A DNA stretch of 64,000 nucleotides from Fibrobacteria bacterium (GTDB lineage: Bacteria; Fibrobacterota; Fibrobacteria; UBA11236; JADFYW01), in NCBI GenBank assembly GCA_050294405.1, contig JBNKOC010000030.1, positions 1 to 64,000 on the forward strand. The letters are read 5' to 3'. Under the pieces are notes generated by a model. It was not told the DNA's origin, did no database searches, and saw nothing but the letters and a program-made list of their open reading frames with translations. Positions 10,851 to 19,891 of the stretch are shown one piece after another. How positions within the stretch are numbered: the first letter of the stretch is position 1; each line of letters starts with the position of its first letter. The position numbers and the translations under genes are program-made.

Positions 10851-12278
10851 TTAAAACTGAAAGTAAATGAATTCTTCTGTTTGGTTGTGAAATCCGAAAA
10901 ACAAGACTGCTGTTGCTAAAAGGAAATAACTCGCCCAACGAAGAGATGTGTATCCCATTAATCCTTTTAGGCTTATTTTTGCCTGGGGCTTTAAATAACA
11001 CAAAAAATCAACGAACAATAATATTGTCATAAAAAGAAAGGCCAGGATTATTTCTTCCGGATTTAATGCGATGTTAATTCCTTGAATGGGAAAACTTATT
11101 TTCGAAGCCTGAAAAATAATAGTGGGAATATCTGTTAAGCTATTGGCCCTAAAAGGAATCCAGCTAAAAACAGCAATTTGGGAAATTAAAAATATTTTTA
11201 AAACTCTTATCCCTTTTGAACTGGGTAAATTAGCAATACCCAGAGCCTTTTCCACAGACAACATAAGTCCATGCATGGCGCCCCAAACGATAAAAGTCCA
11301 GTTTGCCCCGTGCCAAAGGCCACTTACTATGAATACGATGGCAATATTAATATAGGATCTGGCTTTGCTGCATCGATTGCCTCCAAGAGGAATGTAAACA
11401 TAATCCCTGAACCAGGTACTGAGGGAAATATGCCAGCGTTGCCAAAAATTAGTAATGCTATGGGAAAAATAGGGTAAATTGAAATTCTTCATAAGCTGGA
11501 TGCCTAATAGTCGGGCCGATCCACGGGCTATATCCGTATAGCCGGAGAAGTCGCAATAAATTTGAATGGCGAAAAAATAGATGGCTAAAATTACAGGAAA
11601 ACCTTCGTATTTATCCGGGCTGTCATAAACCCTGTTTACATAAGGGGCTAATCTGTCCGCAATTACTACCTTTTTAAAAAAGCCCCAAAGAATTAAGCGC
11701 AGTCCCGTTATAACCATTTCCGGATTGAATTGAATATGTTTTTTTAGCTGAGGTAGAAAATGAGTGGAACGCTCAATGGGACCTGCCACCAACTGTGGAA
11801 AAAAAGAAACATATAAGGCAAAATAGCCAAAATGTTTTTCGGGCTTTAGTTTGCCAAAGTACACATCAATGGTGTAGCTCATGGATTGAAAAGTGTAGAA
11901 GGATATACCCACTGGGAGCAAAACATCAAAATAGGGGATTTGTGTGCCTATGTTCACAGTGTTAAATAATTGCTGCAGGTTTTCAGCCACAAAGTTGAAG
12001 TATTTAAAGGCGAACAGAATCCCCAGGTTGCACAGAATGCTCAAAGTCAGAAACAGTTTCTTTTCTTTTTGATTTGGACTTTTATCAATTTTTATGGCGC
12101 AGGTATAATCCACTAATGTGGATACCACAATTAAGAAGATATACTCCAGTTTCCAGCACATATAAAAGTAGTAGCTGGCGCATAAAAGCAGTATCCATCT
12201 GAAACGCGCTGGCATCGAATAAAAAGCCAGCACCACCAAGGGCAAAAAAAGGGCGTAATGAATTGAATTAAAATTCAT
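10851..12278 (-). CDS. MBOAT family O-acyltransferase (AlgI/PatA/DltB-like)
   Basis: LPVGISFYTFQ, FFPQLVAGPIER, YCDFSGY, FWQRWHISLS, GLWHGA, FIYFQF. Confidence 0.95.
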   Translation of the reverse strand: MNFNSIHYALFLPLVVLAFYSMPARFRWILLLCASYYFYMCWKLEYIFLIVVSTLVDYTCAIKIDKSPNQKEKKLFLTLSILCNLGILFAFKYFNFVAENLQQLFNTVNIGTQIPYFDVLLPVGISFYTFQSMSYTIDVYFGKLKPEKHFGYFALYVSFFPQLVAGPIERSTHFLPQLKKHIQFNPEMVITGLRLILWGFFKKVVIADRLAPYVNRVYDSPDKYEGFPVILAIYFFAIQIYCDFSGYTDIARGSARLLGIQLMKNFNLPYFSHSITNFWQRWHISLSTWFRDYVYIPLGGNRCSKARSYINIAIVFIVSGLWHGANWTFIVWGAMHGLMLSVEKALGIANLPSSKGIRVLKIFLISQIAVFSWIPFRANSLTDIPTIIFQASKISFPIQGINIALNPEEIILAFLFMTILLFVDFLCYLKPQAKISLKGLMGYTSLRWASYFLLATAVLFFGFHNQTEEFIYFQF

Positions 12279-12427
12279 GAAAAATCAGGGTTTTTAAGTG
12301 ATTATCCCCAATTTTTAGGATAGCGGGTACAAAAATCTAAAAAAAGTCAAAAAAAGCTGGAATCCCCCATTTATTAAGTCCATAATTTTTAAAACAGGTC
12401 AAAATGCGTCCTGTTATGGGGAATAAC

Positions 12428-13297
12428 ATGAAACAACAAGTTTTAAAGACTATCCCACGGCCTATAAAAGATATGGCCAATGATTTTCTGAACTCCGAAT
12501 TCAAATGGCGCTATATTGATAATCTAAGTCCTCTTATAAAATTCAAGACCCATCCCCCAAAATTAAATGAAGAGGAAAAACGAATTTTAGAATCCCTTAA
12601 CCAAGATGGTTTTGCCACTTCTCATGTATCCAAACTGTTTCCCAGTGAAGATTGGGAAAATTTAAAGGAAGAATATTTTCGTTTGGAAAAAAAATACGCG
12701 GAACAAATTGAGCAATGTAGGCAGGAAGTGGGGAGCAATACTAAGCGAAAAAACTTCCTATACAGTTTTATTACCCAATCTGGGGATTTAAAACGGCAAA
12801 ATATTGAGGCTCATAATCCCATGGTAAAAATGGCATCTAATCCGGGCTTAAAAAAAATTGCCGATTCTTATTTTGGGCTTTTTACCCAGTTATATTACTA
12901 CGATTTTTGGCTAACCTTCGCTTCTCCCACTTCGGAAACCCGTTCTCAGCTTTGGCACAGGGATGTGGAAGATAAAATGTTATTGAAGGGGTTTATTTAT
13001 TTGGAAGATGTGGAATTGGGACAAGGTCCTTTTATATATGCCAGGGATACCCACTTGAAAGGCCGTAACAAAAAAGATCCGGAATGGTTTTATGAACCTC
13101 GTTGCGGTCAGAGAAGGGCAAATGATGAATCCATGAAAAATGTATGTGAGGAAGAAGATATTATTCCCCTAACTGGAAAAGCTGGGGATGTGATTTTTGC
13201 AGATACAAGAGGCCTTCACAAAGGCGGTATCGCTAGAACGGCAGATAGAAAACTATTTAAATTTGAATTTAGCTCTCAGTTGTTGGAGCCAATCTAA
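12428..13297 (+). CDS. Fe(II)/2-oxoglutarate dioxygenase (PhyH-like)
   Basis: WHRD...GLHKG facial triad, GPFIY, GDVIFADT; start 12404 or 12428. Confidence 0.75.
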   Translation: MKQQVLKTIPRPIKDMANDFLNSEFKWRYIDNLSPLIKFKTHPPKLNEEEKRILESLNQDGFATSHVSKLFPSEDWENLKEEYFRLEKKYAEQIEQCRQEVGSNTKRKNFLYSFITQSGDLKRQNIEAHNPMVKMASNPGLKKIADSYFGLFTQLYYYDFWLTFASPTSETRSQLWHRDVEDKMLLKGFIYLEDVELGQGPFIYARDTHLKGRNKKDPEWFYEPRCGQRRANDESMKNVCEEEDIIPLTGKAGDVIFADTRGLHKGGIARTADRKLFKFEFSSQLLEPI

Positions 13298-13299
13298 AA

Positions 13300-13839
13300 T
13301 TATTCGGCCTGAGCCATTAACTCGTGTTTTTCTAAATCAAAAAACACGGATTCTTGATTGGGTTGTATAAACTCTAAAACCAACGGGTTTTTTGGATTAT
13401 GATGAGCTACTTCTATTTTGCCTTTTTGGGTTACAGCAAACCAAGTGTTGGACTCTTCTTCAAACACCAAGGTAAACTTGTGGCTTTCCATATCTCCAGC
13501 CATTTCGTATAAATCAATCTGATGCTTTTGAGTGTCGATTCTATAATCTACTCCCTCAACACGAACCATTTTGGAGTCTTTCACTTTTTCGGGCATGGCC
13601 AAAGGATTGGAGCCTGTCCAGAATTCAACGGTATTTAAAAAGGCCCAGTCAATGAAACCTATGGCCCCATATGGCGCTATTAGCACAAACATTACCAAGC
13701 TATTTACATACTTGTCCCCCAAGCTGCCATTCCATGCATAAAGTTTTTTTGTTAATGTAAAGCTCCCGTAACAGCTTACCAAAAGGGCCAAAACCAGGCT
13801 CAAACCTAATTGCTTTTTGTATTTAAAAATTTTTTTCAT
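13300..13839 (-). CDS. DUF3332 family lipoprotein/membrane protein
   Basis: SCYGSFTLTKKLYAWN and NTVEFWTGSNP signature. Confidence 0.85.
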   Translation of the reverse strand: MKKIFKYKKQLGLSLVLALLVSCYGSFTLTKKLYAWNGSLGDKYVNSLVMFVLIAPYGAIGFIDWAFLNTVEFWTGSNPLAMPEKVKDSKMVRVEGVDYRIDTQKHQIDLYEMAGDMESHKFTLVFEEESNTWFAVTQKGKIEVAHHNPKNPLVLEFIQPNQESVFFDLEKHELMAQAE

Positions 13840-14074
13840 GGGAGAATTCTCGTTTTAAAATCCGGTTCCTAAAAGATAGATAAAATGCTTTTTTCAATCA
13901 AAATAAAAATCAACTTTTGCCGGGTATCCACAAGGCTTATAAATAAAGGCCTGGAGCTTATCTTTCTGTAAGATACATGGCCAAAAAAAAATACAGAGTT
14001 AGAAAAAGTACCAAAATCTGAATAATGTCTTTTAAGCTCCTTTTGTTGCCAGACTATTTTGAAAGGGTTTCTTG

Positions 14075-14980
14075 TTACTTTTCCCCATAAACCCCCAGGT
14101 TCATCCATTCCAAAGTTCCGGACAACTGGCCCCTAAAAAGGAAAAAAGCCTCCCACTCCTCTTCGTGGAGGTTTTTTAAGACCTCTCTGTATTGAGGTTT
14201 GATATTGCCTTTGGAATCTGTTAAAAAATCCCGCTCGTATTTGGTGAGCATAGCAAGGGCTTGGTTCCACTTTTGGGCCTTCACATAGCGGATAAACTGC
14301 CTGGCCGCCTTTTCTTGAGGGGTTTTATCCTGTGGAATAGCCAAATAGACCCGCTCCAGTTTGCCATCTTTAAGGCTTAAGTATTTCCAGGCATTTACAT
14401 CAACTTTTGCAAGCCTATCTGGAACTGAGGGGTCGATTTTGGGCCCTTGCATAAAAAAGATTTCCCTGTCTGTTTCTTCAACATACCCAAGGGCCTTTTT
14501 CCAGTTTTTGGATTTTACGGCTTTCAAAAAATCCTGGAACACGATTTTCACCTCATGGCGCTCTAATTCGTCCGGATCTAATGTTGCAGGCCCTTCCGGG
14601 CAACTTTCCTCGGAGTTTAATTCTTCCTCAGTGTATGAAGCGAGTTCCAGATTCTGCAGCTTTTTATAAATACCAGTGAGCTTTCCTTCTTCCAGATATA
14701 TGTCTTTGGAATGGGCCAAAGTGGTAAGTTTTAAGGCATCCAGTTTTTTTTGCATTTGAACAGGCACTTTCCCTTCATCATTTAAAAAGAAAAAACGCTC
14801 TCTTTCGGATAAATAACTTACGGCCTTTTCGTACTGCTTGGAGTTCACTGCCACTGTAAAAGAAGTGAGGGCAGCCATTTCATCTTCGGGACAATTTTCA
14901 GTATATATTTTGTATCTGTTGCTGGAGCAGGCGGATATAAGAAACAGTGCTCCAAGCATAGCTAAGAATATGCTTTTCAT
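14075..14980 (-). CDS. Hypothetical lipoprotein with three internal repeats
   Basis: ATG 14980 with AAGGAGGT RBS; lipobox ISAC; three repeats of F..(A/Y)V...(W/Y)..A......(E/D)R..F...G.L. Confidence 0.85.
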   Translation of the reverse strand: MKSIFLAMLGALFLISACSSNRYKIYTENCPEDEMAALTSFTVAVNSKQYEKAVSYLSERERFFFLNDEGKVPVQMQKKLDALKLTTLAHSKDIYLEEGKLTGIYKKLQNLELASYTEEELNSEESCPEGPATLDPDELERHEVKIVFQDFLKAVKSKNWKKALGYVEETDREIFFMQGPKIDPSVPDRLAKVDVNAWKYLSLKDGKLERVYLAIPQDKTPQEKAARQFIRYVKAQKWNQALAMLTKYERDFLTDSKGNIKPQYREVLKNLHEEEWEAFFLFRGQLSGTLEWMNLGVYGEK

Positions 14981-15032
14981 AATTAACCTCCTTGATTCAT
15001 ATTCTCCTCTCTGAGAGGTTATAAATATGTTA

Positions 15033-15048
15033 TGCAAAGCCTATGCCA
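15033..15048 (-). promoter_or_regulatory. sigma54 (-24/-12) promoter of the repeat lipoprotein gene
   Basis: Minus strand TGGCAT-AGGCT-TTGCA fits TGGCAC-N5-TTGCW, 52 nt upstream of the ATG. Confidence 0.8.
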
Positions 15049-15130
15049 CGGAAAAAATAGCCCTAGGCTTTTCAGAAGCGAACTTTGTATTTTTATTGAA
15101 TGACAATTTGTCTTATAAGGTGATGGAAAT

Positions 15131-15757
15131 TTGAAACTGAGTTGTTTAACCCAAGGAGTGATCCACCCCAGCCTCATTGCACAGAAGGCCTTAAAAAACT
15201 GGCTAAACAGCCAAAGGAATATTAATGTGCAATATTTAAGTTCTTTTGATGACTTTAAAAATTTAACGCAATCAAAATCTAAAGTTTTACTACTGTACTT
15301 TCACAGGCAAAATATACATGAATCGGCCCTTAAAGCCTTGGAAGATTATGTATTCCAAGGGGGAGGGCTTGTGGCCCTTCATAGTGTCTCCGCTTCTTTT
15401 AAGCAAACCAAAAATTTTGCACCCTTCCTGGGCGGCAAATTTAAAAGCCATTATCCGGTACAAAAATTTGTGGTCCACTCCAGTTTGTTGGAGCCCCAAT
15501 TGTTTTCGGCACAACAGAGTTTTGAATTAAAAGATGAAATATATACCCACGATTTTTACGGCGAGGTTTCTGTCCATTTTTATACGGAATTTGAAAACAA
15601 AAATATTCCTTTGGTATGGTCAAAAAAATGGGGAAAAGGAAACATTGTGTATTTAAGCCCAGGCCATAAAGCCTCCAGCCTTGAAAATCCGGCCTTCCAA
15701 AAAATTTTACTGCAATCTATGCAAATTGCCTCAGTTGATTCGGCCTTAAACCCCTGA
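15131..15757 (+). CDS. ThuA-like domain protein
   Basis: GGGLVALHS, LGGKFKSH, DEIY, WGKGNIVYLSPGH. Confidence 0.88.
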   Translation: MKLSCLTQGVIHPSLIAQKALKNWLNSQRNINVQYLSSFDDFKNLTQSKSKVLLLYFHRQNIHESALKALEDYVFQGGGLVALHSVSASFKQTKNFAPFLGGKFKSHYPVQKFVVHSSLLEPQLFSAQQSFELKDEIYTHDFYGEVSVHFYTEFENKNIPLVWSKKWGKGNIVYLSPGHKASSLENPAFQKILLQSMQIASVDSALNP

Positions 15758-15760
15758 TGT

Positions 15761-16798
15761 ATGGGACAGGTGTTGGAAATGGGGATCATTGGTTGCGGGC
15801 AAGTTTCCCATTTTATGGCCCTGGCGGCAAAACTGAATCGCCATATCAAAATTACCCATTGTATGGACCCCAATTTGTCCCGGGCCAGATTGTTTTCTAG
15901 GCTATATGGGATTCCCAAATATTACGAGTCTGAAGAAGAGTTTTATTCTGATAGTCATTTGCCCGAAGCCGTATACATCGCCACCCCACATTTTTTGCAC
16001 GGGAAACAAATAGTTAAGGCTCTGGAAAAAGGTACTCATGTTTTGTGCGAAAAGCCTCCTGTGACCGATAGGGAGGACGCTAATTCGGTTTTAAAAACCC
16101 TGTATCATTCTTCAGCAAAAGTGGGAATAAATTTTCAATTTCGCTTTGATAAAAATATTTTTAAGCTGCGGGAAATGTTATCCGCAGGGCTTTTGGGTGA
16201 GATTTATAACATAACCCTAAAAAGCCTATTTTACAGAAAGGCCAGCTATTTTGGCACAGAAAGCTGGCATGGACAGCCGGAGAAATCCGGAGGGGGAGTC
16301 TTAAGCGCACATGGCTCCCATTTGATAAACCTTGCCTTTTGGTTGTTGAATGAAAGGCCCGTAAAAGCCTGGGGGTGCAGTCATCTGGCTCCATATCCAA
16401 ATTCCTTAATTGAAAGCTCAGGCCTGGCCATGTTAGAGTTGGAAAGTGGGTTATGTATGCAGCTGTATTCCACTGCTCACCAACGCCACTCAAAGCCAAT
16501 TCAGGTTAAAATTGAAGGTGAAAAAGGATTTTGTTCTTATCAGGGATTCACCGCCTCCAGTTTGAAACACAATTTAACAACTAATATTCCTATATATAAA
16601 GCACCCAAATGGGGTCCCCAATCTTTTATGCGCAGCCTAGAGGCTTTTCGTTTATGGCTTAAGGGTGAGGAAGATTACCCTTCGGATTTTAAAAGCTCTC
16701 TCAGTACATTTGCGTCCCTGGAAGCTATTTATTTGTCCTCAAAAAGCGGAAAGCCTGAAGCCATCAACCATCAATTTTTTACCGAGGATATTTCTTAG
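15761..16798 (+). CDS. Gfo/Idh/MocA family oxidoreductase
   Basis: GIIGCG, VYIATPHFLH, HVLCEKP, GGGVL. Confidence 0.92.
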   Translation: MGQVLEMGIIGCGQVSHFMALAAKLNRHIKITHCMDPNLSRARLFSRLYGIPKYYESEEEFYSDSHLPEAVYIATPHFLHGKQIVKALEKGTHVLCEKPPVTDREDANSVLKTLYHSSAKVGINFQFRFDKNIFKLREMLSAGLLGEIYNITLKSLFYRKASYFGTESWHGQPEKSGGGVLSAHGSHLINLAFWLLNERPVKAWGCSHLAPYPNSLIESSGLAMLELESGLCMQLYSTAHQRHSKPIQVKIEGEKGFCSYQGFTASSLKHNLTTNIPIYKAPKWGPQSFMRSLEAFRLWLKGEEDYPSDFKSSLSTFASLEAIYLSSKSGKPEAINHQFFTEDIS

Positions 16799-18310
16799 TC
16801 TTCCAGATTTTGAGTTTAGGATAAGCAGGCCTTTTTCAGTAACTCCAAATTTAAAAGATGGACTGGGGTACTCAAATTTTCTTTGCGGTAAGCTAAAAGA
16901 GAGTTCTGGTATAGCTTTAATAACATAGCTGCTGATACTACGGGCGGGTAATTCAAGTGTTAATATTTGGTTGTCCAAAATTTTATTATCCAATTGAGCC
17001 AGGTTTTCGGATTCCGAAGTTCGATAATGTGCCACATCTTCTGATTCAAGATCAAAACCAGTTAACCTTAAACTTTGGCTGATTTCGCTATTGCCGCTAT
17101 TCAAGGCTACCACGGCAATTTGCCCTGTTTCAGGTCGGTAGGCCGCCAATACATTTTCAGCTGTCTGCTCCAGGATTATGGAATTGGGCCGGATAAACCG
17201 GCTAAACTGCCCATGCATAAAAAACCGCTTATTGGGAACAGAAGTTTGCCTGGTCCAGTTGGTGTTAAACGAGCCCCAAACTCCGCCATCCAATGCCTGC
17301 CAATCCAACCAGCCGTTAACCCCCATGAGGTTAATGTCCTTAATAATAACATCGGCCATCCAGAGGCTGACATCCATTTGGTTGCCTCCAGGCCAGGAAA
17401 GAGGTCCGCTTTCGGATTGCCAGCTTTTTTTGTTTAAGTCAGAAACCATGTTGTTAAATCTGCCTCGGTCTTGCTTTCCGTTATAACTGTGTGTGTTGAT
17501 TTGGGAAACGTAGCTAAGGGCCGAATCGTCATAACCATTAATGCTTGCAATGGCCTCGCTGATTGAATTTTCATCAGGTGCGCTTATGCTGGTGTGATTT
17601 AACTCTTTTTCAACTAAAGCCTGACCCAATAGCTTTACCATACGAGGTTGGTTATTCTTAAATCCGCAACCCTCCTGATTTTTATCGGGCCCTGTCCACC
17701 ATCTGGCGCTGGGCTCATTAAAAGGAATTACGGTTTCAAATTCAATACCCCATTGGTTTTTAAAGTTTAACAATACATCGCTTATGTATTGGGCAAAGAC
17801 ATCAAAATATTCCTCTTTTAAATTATCGGATCCATCGGTGTTTCCTCCTACGCAACCGCTTTTTGTCATCCACCAGGGCGGAGAGTTTGAAAAGGCTTCG
17901 AGCTGGGTGTTTTGACTGTTTGCAATTAATGCCTCCAAAACCCTTCTCTGGTAGGAGTCAGCTTCCCAGTTGTATTCGCCTTCTTCAGAATCTTTATATC
18001 CGGGTATATCCCCGTATTGTCTCATATGGTCGTGGCCGGGCGCATCTCCGCCACCAATATTGTAGCGAAAAAGATTGTAGCCAAGGCCCGTATCGGGGTG
18101 CGTGAGATATCCTATAACAGATAAAAAATTGGGAGAGTCCCAGCGTCCTACACCATTAGCCCACCAACATAAGCTGGTGCCCCAACCCTCAAAGTTTTGC
18201 AGTTGGCGGGATTTGTCTAATTCAATATCGCTCTGGCCCAGAATATTTTGAGTAAAAAGGCAGCTTATTAAAAAGTAAAGTGGTTTGGAATTTCCCTTTA
18301 ATTTTCCCAT
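16739..18310 (-). CDS. Secreted glycoside hydrolase family 30 (endo-beta-1,6-galactanase-like)
   Basis: Signal peptide, EGWGTSLCWWA, RYNIGGG, FSNSPPWWMT, PFNEP acid/base, QEGC, WQSE nucleophile. Confidence 0.88.
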   Translation of the reverse strand: MGKLKGNSKPLYFLISCLFTQNILGQSDIELDKSRQLQNFEGWGTSLCWWANGVGRWDSPNFLSVIGYLTHPDTGLGYNLFRYNIGGGDAPGHDHMRQYGDIPGYKDSEEGEYNWEADSYQRRVLEALIANSQNTQLEAFSNSPPWWMTKSGCVGGNTDGSDNLKEEYFDVFAQYISDVLLNFKNQWGIEFETVIPFNEPSARWWTGPDKNQEGCGFKNNQPRMVKLLGQALVEKELNHTSISAPDENSISEAIASINGYDDSALSYVSQINTHSYNGKQDRGRFNNMVSDLNKKSWQSESGPLSWPGGNQMDVSLWMADVIIKDINLMGVNGWLDWQALDGGVWGSFNTNWTRQTSVPNKRFFMHGQFSRFIRPNSIILEQTAENVLAAYRPETGQIAVVALNSGNSEISQSLRLTGFDLESEDVAHYRTSESENLAQLDNKILDNQILTLELPARSISSYVIKAIPELSFSLPQRKFEYPSPSFKFGVTEKGLLILNSKSGRLRNILGKKLMVDGFRLSAF

Positions 18311-18597
18311 CAGCCTAAAGATACTGCCGAATTCTTTTTTCCGTATTTAAAATAAAGGATCATTACAAAGGCACTGGTGCAAAGTTTAAACAAATTTCCC
18401 AAAATTAGGGGAACATTGCCGATTTTAATGGCGTAAACAATCCACAGGCTTCCCAAGGAAAATATGGTGAAAAAGGTTCCCAAGGAAACATTGTCTGCAT
18501 TTTTGTGCTTTAGGATTTTTACACCCTGGAAAAGGGGGTTTAATTCCATTAGTGTGGACAATAGTATTAGCCATTCCAATATTCCATAATCGCTCAT
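18310..18597 (-). CDS. SemiSWEET/PQ-loop family transporter
   Basis: Three TM helices, P..Q..K, NVSL, WIVYA, LILGN; TGATG overlap with the GH30 start. Confidence 0.75.
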   Translation of the reverse strand: MSDYGILEWLILLSTLMELNPLFQGVKILKHKNADNVSLGTFFTIFSLGSLWIVYAIKIGNVPLILGNLFKLCTSAFVMILYFKYGKKNSAVSLG

Positions 18598-18624
18598 TTT
18601 TACTCCGGGTATTAGGTATTTAAA

Positions 18625-19827
18625 TTAGGCGAGCCGCTTCAGGGCCAGCGAAGAAATGGTATCGCCCAGGGAAAGGCTCGATGTGGCCGCTGGAGAAGGC
18701 GCGTTGCATATGTTAATTACACCAGGTTGTTCGTCTATCCAGAAATCATCCACCAGGCCTGTCACTCTGTGGCATGCCTGGGCGCGCACTCCACTTTTAT
18801 CGGGAATTAAATCATCCTCCTCAATGGTCGGCACCAGCCTTTGCAAGGCATGGGTAAATGCTTTTTTGGAGAGAGAACGATATATTTCTCCTAGGCCAGT
18901 GCGCCAGTATTTTAGGCAAACTTTTCTAAAGCCTGGCCACTCCAAGGACTCCCAAAACTCTTTTTTATTATAACTGAAAAAATTATAACCTTCCCTGCGA
19001 AAGGCAAAAACCGCATTTGGCCCTGCGTGAACCCCACCATCTAACAGGCTGGTAAAATGCACACCCAAAAATGGAAAGCGGGGATCGAGAACCGGGTAAA
19101 TAAGGGACTTTACTAAATACTCTTTTTCGGGTTTTAGTTTGTAATACTCGCCTCGAAAGGGAATGATACGTATGTCCAAATTGGGATTGGTTTGCCTGGC
19201 CAGCACATCGGCGTAAAGCCCCGCGCAATTAAGAACCAGCTTTGCCTGGATGTTATGGTTTGTGCTGGTGATGCTTATACTGCCTTCGCCAGTTACATCA
19301 AGCTTTTCCACTTTTTCAGAAAGAAAAATCCGCCCCTCTTTTTGCTGAAATAATTCGGCCAGTTTTTGAACCACAGTTTTAAAATCTATGATACCTGTAT
19401 AGGGAACATACAGGCCCATAACTCCGCTAACATAGGGCTCGATTTCGCGGATTTGTTCAATTTTTAATTTTTTTACCTGATCCAAGCCGTTTTGCAGAGC
19501 CCGGTTGTATAAATGTTCCAGGGGTCGGAGCTCTTTCATTTTAGTGGCCACAATCACTTTGCCACAAATGTTATAGGGAATGCCGTGTTTCTGGTTAAAA
19601 TCCAGAAGCATTTTGTAACCATTTAAACAGTTTTGCGCTTTTAAGCTGCCGGGTTTGTAGTAGAGGCCGGAGTGGATTACCCCACTGTTTCGTCCGGATT
19701 GGTGCTTTGCCAGCTCAGGTTCTTTCTCCAATAAAGCGATTTTTAATTTGGGATTTTTTTCGGATAGCTTGAAGGCTGTGGCCAATCCCACAATTCCCCC
19801 ACCTATGACAACCGCATCAAATTCCAT
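18625..19827 (-). CDS. lhgO: L-2-hydroxyglutarate oxidase
   Basis: GGGIVG, HQSGRNSGVIHSGLYYKPGSLKA, PFRGEY, FPFLGVHFT, NAPSPAATSSL. Confidence 0.92.
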   Translation of the reverse strand: MEFDAVVIGGGIVGLATAFKLSEKNPKLKIALLEKEPELAKHQSGRNSGVIHSGLYYKPGSLKAQNCLNGYKMLLDFNQKHGIPYNICGKVIVATKMKELRPLEHLYNRALQNGLDQVKKLKIEQIREIEPYVSGVMGLYVPYTGIIDFKTVVQKLAELFQQKEGRIFLSEKVEKLDVTGEGSISITSTNHNIQAKLVLNCAGLYADVLARQTNPNLDIRIIPFRGEYYKLKPEKEYLVKSLIYPVLDPRFPFLGVHFTSLLDGGVHAGPNAVFAFRREGYNFFSYNKKEFWESLEWPGFRKVCLKYWRTGLGEIYRSLSKKAFTHALQRLVPTIEEDDLIPDKSGVRAQACHRVTGLVDDFWIDEQPGVINICNAPSPAATSSLSLGDTISSLALKRLA

Positions 19828-19891
19828 AATATTAAACCCCAAAAGTTTGGGCTAAATATAAAATTTTGGGAGAAGATTCGAAATTTTAGAA

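Noticed and set aside
15755..15763. In-frame TGA-TGT-ATG between ThuA and Gfo/Idh/MocA genes, suggesting readthrough, selenocysteine or a split fusion
   Set aside because: No SECIS-like hairpin seen; the same stop-NNN-ATG spacing occurs at 51997-52005 and, with TAA, at 10845-10853, so it fits ordinary translational coupling; TGA ends other genes at expected positions
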